IMG/VR virus record: IMGVR_UViG_3300008111_000024
DNA: 64,000 bases
From: an uncultured virus (IMG/VR IMGVR_UViG_3300008111_000024)
Taxonomy: Duplodnaviria > Heunggongvirae > Uroviricota > Caudoviricetes
Reading direction: 5' to 3' (one strand)
The notes under the pieces were generated by a model, which was given only the letters and a program-made list of their open reading frames with translations, had not been told where the DNA came from and searched no databases. Below, in pieces: positions 55,302-64,000 of the stretch. Position 1 is the stretch's first letter. Every line of letters starts with the position of its first letter. Position numbers and translations under genes: made by a program.

Positions 55302-56471
55302 ATGAACCTAAAAGAAAATATAAAACAAGCGATAGACGAAGTATTAGGTGTGCCAGACAATATTGTTAATGTTGCCAACCAAATTTATGATGAAGTTATA
55401 AATCACATTGATGAGGATGAAAATGTTGGTGATTTTGATAATGTATATTCATACATTAAAGGGAAATTCAAAGTAGGAGATTTAAAATTTAAAAATATTG
55501 AATACGTTTTTGATTTTAAAGAAAATCAACAAGATTCTGACGTTGGGATGGTTGGGATGGCCACAGGTGGGTCATTTAAAGTAACCAAAAACTTTAAAAT
55601 AAAATCTACTATGGATAATAACACATTCCATATCAAATTTGTTTTATTCGCCCCCCAAAATGCGACAGGTAAAGATATTAAAGAATATCTTAAGAAAGAG
55701 AAGAACGAAATTATTAGTTCAATCACTCACGAACTTAAACACAAATACGATGATTATAAAAAACCAAAAACTTCTTTAACCGCCCGTGGTGAATATAGTG
55801 CATACAATAATAGAGGGTTTGGGGATATTGACCCAATTAATAAGTTCCTTCACCATTTATATTTTACACATAGTATTGAAAATTTAGTTAGACCGTCTGA
55901 ATTAGCAGGTTCAATTCAATCGGGTGAGATTACTAAGAAAGATTTTTATAACTTCTTAATGGATAATAGAGTTTATAAAGAATTAAAAAAAATTCAAAAT
56001 TTTACTTACGAAGGACTTAGAGAGGAATTAAGAGATTATTTAGATAAAATTAAATTTTTGTTTGATATGAACAATATTGAATACGAAGGATTGAGTGATG
56101 ATGAAGTTATAGATAGAACATTAGACTTAATTTTATTAAATCTAAAACATTGGAAAGCAGAAACTGTTCAGATGTTATTATCTGACAACCCATTTGAAAT
56201 GTTTCTTGGGTTTAGAGGTAAAAAAGACAAATACTTTAGAAAATATTTAAATAAAGTATCAAAATATGATGGAGATAGTAAACGTTATTTCAAATATGAA
56301 GAAAAAATGTTTAATATGATTGCAGATAAAATGATTAGAAAAATATCTAAATTATTTGCAATGGCTAAAGATGTTAAAACCGAATCTTTTAATAATCAGG
56401 AAATTTGGTTAAGAGCAATAGGAATTCAGAATATGATTACAGAATCTACACAAACAAAAAAATCCTCTTAA
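55302..56471 (+). CDS. Hypothetical protein with HExxH motif
   Basis: SITHELKHKYD. Confidence 0.78.
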   Translation: MNLKENIKQAIDEVLGVPDNIVNVANQIYDEVINHIDEDENVGDFDNVYSYIKGKFKVGDLKFKNIEYVFDFKENQQDSDVGMVGMATGGSFKVTKNFKIKSTMDNNTFHIKFVLFAPQNATGKDIKEYLKKEKNEIISSITHELKHKYDDYKKPKTSLTARGEYSAYNNRGFGDIDPINKFLHHLYFTHSIENLVRPSELAGSIQSGEITKKDFYNFLMDNRVYKELKKIQNFTYEGLREELRDYLDKIKFLFDMNNIEYEGLSDDEVIDRTLDLILLNLKHWKAETVQMLLSDNPFEMFLGFRGKKDKYFRKYLNKVSKYDGDSKRYFKYEEKMFNMIADKMIRKISKLFAMAKDVKTESFNNQEIWLRAIGIQNMITESTQTKKSS

Positions 56472-56484
56472 AGAGGATTTTTTT

Positions 56485-56670
56485 TTAACTTAATAGTTTG
56501 TTTATATCATTCATAATCTTAATCTGTTGATTCTGTAACTTTTGAATTTCATTCAATTGTTCTTGATTCAACTCGAGACTTTCACCTTTAATAGATGAAA
56601 TCTTATTTGATATTCGGGTATGTTGATTCAATAAATCACCATACATCTGAGCTTTTTGTTCGTTTGTCAT
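56485..56670 (-). CDS. Small coiled-coil protein
   Basis: 61-aa ORF. Confidence 0.7.
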   Translation of the reverse strand: MTNEQKAQMYGDLLNQHTRISNKISSIKGESLELNQEQLNEIQKLQNQQIKIMNDINKLLS

Positions 56671-56768
56671 AATTTAATTATAATCGATTATTAATATTAG
56701 GAAACTTAATTTGTTTATTTTTTTAGTGGTATAATATTTAATAGTAAATAAAACTAATATAAAAAGAA

Positions 56769-56912
56769 ATGGCAAAGGCAAAAACTTCTCAAACCTCAAC
56801 CAAAATCGAAAGACCTAAGGTTAGTCGTCCTGGTGTTCACTCAAAATCTAAAACCTCTAAATTAAAAAGTTCTAAAAATTATAAAAAGTTAAATAGGGGA
56901 CAAGGTCGTTAA
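56769..56912 (+). CDS. Small very basic protein (47 aa, ends RGQGR)
   Basis: Hand-translated MAKAKTSQTSTKIERPK...; not in track. Confidence 0.7.
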   Translation: MAKAKTSQTSTKIERPKVSRPGVHSKSKTSKLKSSKNYKKLNRGQGR

Positions 56913-56924
56913 AAAATAAAACCC

Positions 56925-57212
56925 CTATTTTGGGGTTTTATTTTTGTTTTTAATTTCTTCTTTTAATATATTTCGAATTATTCGAGATAGACTATCTTCA
57001 TCTAAATTCTTAAGTGTGTTAAAATTATGTTTCAGTTTTATCTTCATCAAAGATATTACCGTTTCTAATTTTTTGTACTCCTGAGAGTCTGAACGTAATT
57101 GATATTTTCGAATAAAATCATTAACAAATGGAATTACATCTTGTAAATTCTGTAGGTTTTCACAAGATGTTATCTGTTTTATTAATAAAGCATATTCGAT
57201 TCTTTTATTCAT
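56925..57212 (-). CDS. Hypothetical protein
   Basis: C-terminal LDEDSLSRIIRNILKEE. Confidence 0.7.
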   Translation of the reverse strand: MNKRIEYALLIKQITSCENLQNLQDVIPFVNDFIRKYQLRSDSQEYKKLETVISLMKIKLKHNFNTLKNLDEDSLSRIIRNILKEEIKNKNKTPK

Positions 57213-57216
57213 AATT

Positions 57217-57978
57217 TTATCCAAACATTGCGTCGTAAGTCTGAGTTCCAAAAATACCGTCAGGTTTTATTTCGGCATCTTCTTGGAATTTCTTAACCAT
57301 ATTTTTAGTTTTTACTCCGTAAATTCCATCACAACTATTTTCATCAGTTGCACAAGCTTGGATGTCATTTGTAAAGGTTTCACCAGTATATCCATTAGAC
57401 GCTAAAAAGTTTTGAACCTTTTTAACCAAACCTCCTTTAGCACCTACCCCCATAATTTTATTATCGTCTGTTACGGCACTAAAATCAGTGTCAGTATCTG
57501 ATACATAACCTGGAGATGATTTAGTAACCCTATCCTCCCAAGTAAATGTAGGTTTAGACCCGTCCCAAGACCATTCACCATTAGTTCGTCTTGATTTCTT
57601 ACAGTTAAATTTATACGCATCTTTATCATCATAAAGTTTCATAGAACAATCATTACCATTTGTGGCGGTGTCTTTAGTCTTTACTTGAATATAATCAAAA
57701 ATTGTCCCTGAATGGTCTAGTGTACCTCCACTTACAAATTCCCAGTTTGCGTCAGTGTTACCTGAATAATAATTAACTATTTTACCGTAATCCGAATCAT
57801 CAGGATTTTGAGTTGATGCTGAAGAACCGTTAGTTCCTGCAGAACCTGAAGTACCGCTAGTTCCTGAAGTACCGTTATTACCTCCAGGAAATGATTGTTC
57901 AGAAATTACAACACCTTTTTTATACCCAAAAAGGTATTTCATCTTATTTAACTCCTCGTTTATTATTTCTTGTCCCAT
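57217..57978 (-). CDS. Protein with C-terminal peptidoglycan-binding domain
   Basis: GAKGGLVKKVQ...DGIYGVKT...FQ...DGIFGTQT. Confidence 0.82.
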   Translation of the reverse strand: MGQEIINEELNKMKYLFGYKKGVVISEQSFPGGNNGTSGTSGTSGSAGTNGSSASTQNPDDSDYGKIVNYYSGNTDANWEFVSGGTLDHSGTIFDYIQVKTKDTATNGNDCSMKLYDDKDAYKFNCKKSRRTNGEWSWDGSKPTFTWEDRVTKSSPGYVSDTDTDFSAVTDDNKIMGVGAKGGLVKKVQNFLASNGYTGETFTNDIQACATDENSCDGIYGVKTKNMVKKFQEDAEIKPDGIFGTQTYDAMFG

Positions 57979-58039
57979 ATTAATAATATTTTATTAATAA
58001 ATACTTGATAAACGACAAAATATACAGACTAAACTACGA

Positions 58040-58414
58040 TTATCCTACAAGATATTCGTTTACATATGTGAAACCTGAGGACACAATAGGGGCATATCTT
58101 TGTATGTTGTTAATCATACCATTCTCATTCATATAGAAAAAAGTTATCTTATTACTAATATGAGGTATAAATTTATCCATACAATCATAAATCCCTTCCA
58201 AATCCACGAATTTACCATTAACTAATTTGCGAACAGGACTAAAGTCTGCGGGATTATAAATTACATAACCCGAGTAATTAATTATTTCAACATTAAATCT
58301 CCACCTATGTGGTAAATCGCACTCCCAATGACTATCAAATTGAGAATGTATTTTAAATTCTATGTCGGGATAGAATGTTCTTATAAATAGATTTATTGAT
58401 TTTTCAATTTCCAT
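58040..58414 (-). CDS. Hypothetical protein (start revised)
   Basis: TATATTTG-N3-ATG. Confidence 0.7.
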   Translation of the reverse strand: MEIEKSINLFIRTFYPDIEFKIHSQFDSHWECDLPHRWRFNVEIINYSGYVIYNPADFSPVRKLVNGKFVDLEGIYDCMDKFIPHISNKITFFYMNENGMINNIQRYAPIVSSGFTYVNEYLVG

Positions 58415-58492
58415 ACCCAAATATAATAATTTTTTTTTAAAATAAAAAAACCCCACCGTATTAGAGTGGGGTTAAAAGATTATTTAATATAA

Positions 58493-58666
58493 TTAAGCTT
58501 TGTTCTTGTCAACTACTGACCATACAAGACCAATTAATGATATTGCTGAACCAATAATCTCTTGGGATGTTGCATCATCAATAACACCCTTCATTATCAA
58601 GATACCACCGACAAATGTTAAACCGTGTCTGATGATACCCATCACTTGTTCTTTTGTTAACTTCAT
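58493..58666 (-). CDS. Small two-TM holin-like protein (57 aa)
   Basis: MKLTKEQVMGIIRHGLTFVGG...LVWSVVDK; not in track. Confidence 0.75.
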   Translation of the reverse strand: MKLTKEQVMGIIRHGLTFVGGILIMKGVIDDATSQEIIGSAISLIGLVWSVVDKNKA

Positions 58667-58749
58667 AGTTTTTTAGTTAAAAAGTTTATTACTCGAGTAT
58701 TGATAAATATTTCGTTTTGTTTGATAATCCTGTATTATTAGAATTAGGT

Positions 58750-59094
58750 ATGGAATCCGATATAAAAATATTTACAGATATTATTAAAAAAAAGTACCCA
58801 AAAACCAATTTTGCATACGGTATTGGGGGTGTAAAATTCATTATTGTATATAGTGATGATAGTAACTGTAAAGAATTTTGTGAAAATATACGTGATTGGA
58901 TGGGGAAACCATTTAAAATCAGCTATGAGAGTGAAGAATCATATAATCAAATGATTTTTCGTAAAAAAAATAGAACTATTGAGTTATTTGACGTAGTAAC
59001 TTCCGTTATTAATTGGGTTGTAATGTTACCTATAAGTTTTTCAATATATTCTTATTATAGAATATCCAAATGGGTTAAAAAAACCCTAAAATAG
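58750..59094 (+). CDS. Hypothetical protein with C-terminal TM helix
   Basis: ORF from the first ATG. Confidence 0.65.
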   Translation: MESDIKIFTDIIKKKYPKTNFAYGIGGVKFIIVYSDDSNCKEFCENIRDWMGKPFKISYESEESYNQMIFRKKNRTIELFDVVTSVINWVVMLPISFSIYSYYRISKWVKKTLK

Positions 59095-59095
59095 G

Positions 59096-59425
59096 TCATT
59101 TATAGTTGTCAGGAATGTCTAAGTCCTTATCTGAGGGTAAAAGATTAACCCCGACCTTTTTAAGTGCAATTAAGACGGTAAAAATTGGTAGTGGGATTGG
59201 TAAAGTTGCAATTAATGCTAAAATTTTCGCCAAATCTTTAGAATGTTCCTTTAAAAATTTAATTTCGTCAGGTTGGACCTTAGTTTTTTCAATACCAAGG
59301 TAATAAAACATCATTTTAGTAAGGATTTGGAAGGTAATTTTGGTTTCTTTAGATTCTCTTACGAGATTTTTCTTAAATTCGTCAACCCACTCTCGAATTT
59401 TTGACTCTAATACTACAAATTTCAT
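59096..59425 (-). CDS. Hypothetical protein
   Basis: 109 aa, coupled. Confidence 0.75.
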   Translation of the reverse strand: MKFVVLESKIREWVDEFKKNLVRESKETKITFQILTKMMFYYLGIEKTKVQPDEIKFLKEHSKDLAKILALIATLPIPLPIFTVLIALKKVGVNLLPSDKDLDIPDNYK

Positions 59426-59426
59426 A

Positions 59427-60287
59427 TTAATTTCTCTCGGCAGATATGACGTGCTTATTGTACCCCTTTCCTGTTAAGAGTTCATCAATTTTAGGCATTA
59501 AATCTCTAGTTGCGTTCCATCCTGCGTTTGATTTCATAACTAATTTTAGTCTAATACGGTAATCATCCACATCAACTTTAATTGAGTGTATTTGAGAACC
59601 ACCAGGAAGAGATTTAATCTCTTTTTTTACTTGTTTATTCAATACTTTATTAACCCAATCTTCAACTCCAACCATAGTAGGGCGACTAGAATGGTATAAT
59701 TTTAATTGTCCGTGGGCTGGATTACCATAATCAACCCCTAAAAAGTTTTCAAAACTATTTCTAATATTTCTTGAGATGTTTTTAATATTACGAAGTTGGT
59801 CATCATCAATATTACTCATTAAAAACTTAGGAAAATCAATTTCTGTGTACATATTAACGTCATATGGATGAGGTTCCTCCATTTTAACTTTAATATAATC
59901 AGGTAAATCTAAATTTTTGATAATTAAATCGATACCTTTTTTAAATTTTTCTGTAAAATTATTCTTTTTAACTAAAGTTGGTAAATTATGTAGTTTATTT
60001 TGAACAAAACCTCTACCAATATCGGATAATCTTTTGGCAATACCACCATACGAACGACTATTAATATTATAATCCTTACAAAAATCGTCTATATATGTTT
60101 TAACTAGTAAAGACATAGGGTATTCACTAACTTCATCCCCGTGATTTTTCCTAATCCAAGGTCTAAATTTAGAAAAGAATACCTCAATAAAATCTTCATC
60201 AGAATAATCGTTAATATTAATGTTTTCTTTAACAATATTAACAATGTTTTCTAATTCACTTTCACTAATTTTTATTTTTTTGTTCAT
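59427..60287 (-). CDS. Hypothetical protein
   Basis: MNKKIKISESELENIV; TATTTAT-N4-ATG. Confidence 0.8.
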   Translation of the reverse strand: MNKKIKISESELENIVNIVKENININDYSDEDFIEVFFSKFRPWIRKNHGDEVSEYPMSLLVKTYIDDFCKDYNINSRSYGGIAKRLSDIGRGFVQNKLHNLPTLVKKNNFTEKFKKGIDLIIKNLDLPDYIKVKMEEPHPYDVNMYTEIDFPKFLMSNIDDDQLRNIKNISRNIRNSFENFLGVDYGNPAHGQLKLYHSSRPTMVGVEDWVNKVLNKQVKKEIKSLPGGSQIHSIKVDVDDYRIRLKLVMKSNAGWNATRDLMPKIDELLTGKGYNKHVISAERN

Positions 60288-60301
60288 TTTTATAAATATT
60301 A

Positions 60302-60688
60302 TTATGCACCGAAAGAAAATGTCTGATAACTTAAAATTTTACCCTTAATTTGAGGTCTAATCCAATTAATTACCAAATTTAACGCATCTTCTTTAGAAAC
60401 TCCCAATAAACCTGAAAAACTTGTAATCATTTTTTCATTCACGTTAATTAAATTACCCTCACGTCCTTTCATAATCACACTAATCATTCTTTCATCATTA
60501 GGTCCATCCCATTGTGTAAGATTACCCCATCCGTGAAACCTTTCAGTATAGGTTTTTTTCAATCCTGACAAATATGAATTAACGTATTTTTCTCTAATAG
60601 TATCAACCAATGATTTTGGTACATCTTTTCTACCAAATAATGATTTGATTAATTTAACTAAACGGCTTTCACTGATACTATATTGCAT
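60302..60688 (-). CDS. Hypothetical protein
   Basis: MQYSISESRL. Confidence 0.75.
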   Translation of the reverse strand: MQYSISESRLVKLIKSLFGRKDVPKSLVDTIREKYVNSYLSGLKKTYTERFHGWGNLTQWDGPNDERMISVIMKGREGNLINVNEKMITSFSGLLGVSKEDALNLVINWIRPQIKGKILSYQTFSFGA

Positions 60689-60689
60689 T

Positions 60690-61067
60690 TTAGTTTACTG
60701 TATATTCTACTTTTCCTTTACAATATTCAGTTTTGTTAAGGTGAAATTTATCTATCATAATATAGTTATAATGTTCAAATATATTACTGTCGGTGAATAT
60801 TGCCCTAAAGGCGTTTGTTATGAAAGATGATGCGTCTATTCCAATATCGGTCATATTATCAATATCAAATCTATTAAAATCAACACACATAATAAGTTCC
60901 AATGAGGGATATCCCCAAGATTGTCTTTCAGGTAAAAATAATTTATTAAAACTTTCCTCCGTAATTTCGAAATATTCCAAATTAGGGTATCTTTTTTTAA
61001 TAGTATTAAAGACCAACTTGTTAAACAAGTGGTAATCGTTCATTACTTTATCTGAAATCCATTCCAT
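60690..61067 (-). CDS. Hypothetical protein
   Basis: Start revised to MEWISD; coupled. Confidence 0.7.
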   Translation of the reverse strand: MEWISDKVMNDYHLFNKLVFNTIKKRYPNLEYFEITEESFNKLFLPERQSWGYPSLELIMCVDFNRFDIDNMTDIGIDASSFITNAFRAIFTDSNIFEHYNYIMIDKFHLNKTEYCKGKVEYTVN

Positions 61068-61068
61068 A

Positions 61069-61389
61069 TTATTCAAGTATAACTTCGTTAAGGTGAAAGA
61101 CAATTGTCGGAAAAATATCGTTCATCATATATTGTAACTCCGCCATTGTGTTATCGTAGTCTTCTCTTTCTTTATTTTGATAGATATTCAAATACACAAC
61201 CAAACGAGAATAAGTTACTATTCGGTCAATAACTATTTTATCGATAGAGTCAATCTCATCCAATTCATCCATCTCTCCCAATCCCCATTCTTCAGATTGT
61301 TCACGAATAGAATTAAGGGAGTAGTCGATAAATGTTTGAATATTATTCTTCAGAGATTCAACTTGTTCAGATGTTACAACATACTTCAT
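61069..61389 (-). CDS. Hypothetical protein (start revised to MKYVVTSE)
   Basis: TATTTAT-N4-ATG. Confidence 0.75.
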   Translation of the reverse strand: MKYVVTSEQVESLKNNIQTFIDYSLNSIREQSEEWGLGEMDELDEIDSIDKIVIDRIVTYSRLVVYLNIYQNKEREDYDNTMAELQYMMNDIFPTIVFHLNEVILE

Positions 61390-61460
61390 ACTGATAAATA
61401 CTTGGGAAATAAAAAACCCCACTCAAAGAATGGGGTTTGTAAGTTTTTTTAATTTAATTA

Positions 61461-62396
61461 TTAGTTTAACATAATACTAATACTATCACCAACAATGTTA
61501 GCAACACTTCTTCCACCAACACTTGTTTTTGCCGCTCTGTTTAAACAAGCCGCAATTTGTTTTCTTTCTTGGGAATCATCATCATAAGTTGTAAGTCCCG
61601 CAGTGATTGTCTGATTAATAAATGCCTGTAATCCACCGTAGTCTCTTAACTCGTAATCTAAGTCTTTAATATCAGATAGAGTTTGTAATGCACAAATTGC
61701 TTTAGCAATACCTTCTTCATCAGGATTAAAGTTCATACCTCTAGCGATTTTCATTAAATCCTCAACATCTCCAATTCCTGATTTATCCAAACCTTTTTCT
61801 CTTAAGTTATTGATTGTAACATATACAAATCTTTCTTCATCTAAAGGTTTAACACGACTTCTGTCGTATAAGTTAGCATCCACAGATGTCGGAGTGTAAT
61901 TATAATCCGAATTTGTTGTAAGGAATTTTCTAATTATCTCATCATTGTAACCCATTTCAACCATTAACGCTCTTGCAACTGCAACTACCTCAGCAATTCT
62001 TTTTTGAGCAACCGCATCGTTCGCACTTGAACTACCTCCGCTTGTGGTACCTGCACCAACTATAATGAATTTAGGTATTTTATTATCTTTATAATACTTC
62101 TCAATAACTTTTTTAGATTCAGCTAAAGTAGGTCTTAAAAATTCTTTAATACTCTCAATAATATGGGTAGGTAGTTTAGATTGTCCTTCTTTAGGGAAGA
62201 ATACCTTAGCAGTTCTTGAACCCATCATAACTGGTTCAGGTGCAAGAGCAGCTTCACTAACCAATGTTTTTACATCACCCAATTTAGAGTTGATTAATTT
62301 AGAGAAGTTTTCAACCATAACTTTCATACCACCTGTATGTTGTTCACGTATACTGTTCTTCTCTTGTTCTGATAAATTATTTAATAAATGTTTCAT
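61461..62396 (-). CDS. Hypothetical protein with possible OmpA-like domain (start revised to MKHLL)
   Basis: LSEQEKNSIREQH N-terminus; GTTSGGS..ANDAVAQKR. Confidence 0.75.
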   Translation of the reverse strand: MKHLLNNLSEQEKNSIREQHTGGMKVMVENFSKLINSKLGDVKTLVSEAALAPEPVMMGSRTAKVFFPKEGQSKLPTHIIESIKEFLRPTLAESKKVIEKYYKDNKIPKFIIVGAGTTSGGSSSANDAVAQKRIAEVVAVARALMVEMGYNDEIIRKFLTTNSDYNYTPTSVDANLYDRSRVKPLDEERFVYVTINNLREKGLDKSGIGDVEDLMKIARGMNFNPDEEGIAKAICALQTLSDIKDLDYELRDYGGLQAFINQTITAGLTTYDDDSQERKQIAACLNRAAKTSVGGRSVANIVGDSISIMLN

Positions 62397-62477
62397 ATTA
62401 TTTTCGTTTACTAATAAATACCTCAAAAAACAAAAAACCCCACTCAAAGAATGGGGTTTTAAATTATATTAATTGGT

Positions 62478-63170
62478 TTATTTTTCTTTTTTCTGAAGTT
62501 CTTTACTATAGTCAGCAACAGGAACAGGTGTTCCAACAGGATAAGGGAAACCAACTTTAGCTGCCGTTACTGAAGTCTGTCCGTTTTTAACAGGAATTGC
62601 TTTACGTAATGGAACTGCCGCCTCGTTAAGTGGTCCGTATACTTTTGCCAACACAATACCTGTAGATGTTGTATCGAAAACCACACCTGGCATCGCAAAC
62701 ATATTACTCTCACTTGTACTTGGAGAATCCAAATCAATCACAAACGCTCTATTAACAGGTGCCATCATTTCCCATTCTTTAGTTGATGGGTTAAATTGTG
62801 GAATTGTAGTTGAAGAATCGTAGTACCAAAATAATGACCATACAGTTTTATCGGTTCCGTCAGGACTTTGGAAGTTTTCATTTACATTAAACTTACCGTA
62901 AGTTCCACTCACACCTTCCATTGCCAAGTTAGACAAAGATGGTCCTGATAATACGGGACAGATTGCACATCCTTCATCATACTCAACACCTTGTACGATA
63001 ATCTTTCTTCCTGTAGGAACGGCAGCTGACGCTCCACAAAAAGCGAAAGACCCTTCGTGTACCTTAACGATTTTATCAGATTTAATATCTTCTACTGTTT
63101 CTGTTTTTGGGGTTGTATTACAACTAAACAACATAGTAGCCGTAACAATACTCAATAATAGTTTTTTCAT
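62478..63170 (-). CDS. Putative lipoprotein
   Basis: LFSC lipobox. Confidence 0.8.
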   Translation of the reverse strand: MKKLLLSIVTATMLFSCNTTPKTETVEDIKSDKIVKVHEGSFAFCGASAAVPTGRKIIVQGVEYDEGCAICPVLSGPSLSNLAMEGVSGTYGKFNVNENFQSPDGTDKTVWSLFWYYDSSTTIPQFNPSTKEWEMMAPVNRAFVIDLDSPSTSESNMFAMPGVVFDTTSTGIVLAKVYGPLNEAAVPLRKAIPVKNGQTSVTAAKVGFPYPVGTPVPVADYSKELQKKEK

Positions 63171-63298
63171 AAAATTTTGTTTTAAAAATAAATAGTTTAG
63201 ATAATCAAAAACATTTTAGGCAAATAATAGGTATCCAAGAGCGATTCCTGCCAAAGTATGTAAGACTCTGTAATAAATTTCTGTTTTCATAATAAAGA

Positions 63299-63457
63299 TT
63301 ATTTCATTTGTATGGTTAACGTATCTCCGACATTATACTTAACACCACTATAGAGTTTACCCACCTCATTAGTTGCCAAGTTCTTTGCCTCATAAACATA
63401 AGTTCCCTCTTTTTCGGAACCACAACAAATTACGATTAATAATAATAAAGTTTTCAT
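63299..63457 (-). CDS. Small hypothetical protein (52 aa)
   Basis: TATCTTTG-N5-ATG; hand-translated. Confidence 0.55.
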   Translation of the reverse strand: MKTLLLLIVICCGSEKEGTYVYEAKNLATNEVGKLYSGVKYNVGDTLTIQMK

Positions 63458-63707
63458 ATACACAAAGATAATATTATTAATTTAAAAAACCAACCCTTTT
63501 TTTTAGATGACAATAAAATAGTTTACTATAAACACTATACTATAAACCAATAATACCCGAAGGGGTTCGGTCGGTCGGAAAAATCGGGGGGTAGGGGGGA
63601 ACCGAAAAAAACCCGACGAAGTCGGTGAACGGTTACTGGCCCACAATCAAAAGTATGAAAATAATCTCCCAAAATAAAAAACCCCCACTAAAGAGTGAGG
63701 GAATTTA

Positions 63708-64000
63708 TTAATCACACTGGCAAGTTCCGTCCCCACCATTATCGGGGTGACAAGCGCAAAGATTAGGGTTGTATCTAAAAATGGGTTCCTCTTTAAAGAT
63801 ATAGACCTCAGAAGATTTACCCATACTATCCAAGTGGTCATACACCTCAAGGTCGTCACCCTTAAATAAGAATGATTCAATAACTTCCCAAAAACCCTCG
63901 GGTGTATCAACAGTTGTGTGAGTAAAAGAGAAGTCCTCAACCTGGGGAACCTCATCTGATTCAAAATCGTAACTGCAGTATCCACCTTTGTTCTCATCCA
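63708..64000 (-). CDS. 3' part of an acidic protein with Cys-rich tail (runs off the window)
   Basis: Open frame ...DENKGGYCSYDFESD...CACHPDNGGDGTCQCD*, followed by a terminator-like hairpin. Confidence 0.7.
   Translation of the reverse strand, partial: DENKGGYCSYDFESDEVPQVEDFSFTHTTVDTPEGFWEVIESFLFKGDDLEVYDHLDSMGKSSEVYIFKEEPIFRYNPNLCACHPDNGGDGTCQCD

Noticed and set aside
3600..62472. Numerous short antisense or alternate-frame ORFs inside long genes (e.g. 3610-3903, 10611-10916, 36479-36907, 53448-53714)
   Set aside because: Nested in well-supported genes, with no promoter motif or recognisable protein features.
63647..63997. Track ORF of 116 aa
   Set aside because: A different frame, open from the window edge to 63708, has more typical composition and ends before the terminator hairpin.
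1..64000. Stop-codon reassignment as in some large phages
   Set aside because: Long genes are intact in code 11, TAG and TGA end genes at sensible positions, and no suppressor tRNA was seen.

Overview
AT-rich segment of a large (jumbo-type) lytic phage genome in the standard genetic code. The host is probably Bacteroidota: TTTG-N19/20-TAnnTTTG promoters, no Shine-Dalgarno sites and a T9SS-type C-terminal domain. The first 16 kb holds three tRNA operons (15, 9 and 2 tRNAs) interleaved with unassigned structured RNAs, HNH genes and two HAD RNA-repair-like genes. A tRNA-Leu(UAA) carries a group I intron with an HNH ORF in its P1 loop. Main finding: each tRNA operon is preceded by a short leader ORF missing from the ORF track, followed by an intrinsic terminator. 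An antiterminator lies inside each leader, and the leader codons match the anticodons of the tRNAs downstream. This looks like ribosome-mediated attenuation that switches on replacement tRNAs when the matching tRNAs run short. The rest of the window encodes glycosyltransferases, UDP-glucose dehydrogenase, ClpP, GH19 endolysin, PPK2, a GMP reductase/IMPDH-family enzyme, a cohesin/dockerin/CsgG/T9SS-substrate operon, and many putative late proteins sharing an N-terminal [ILV]-x-E motif and a TATTTAT promoter. All calls come from reading the sequence by eye; no searches or folding programs were run.
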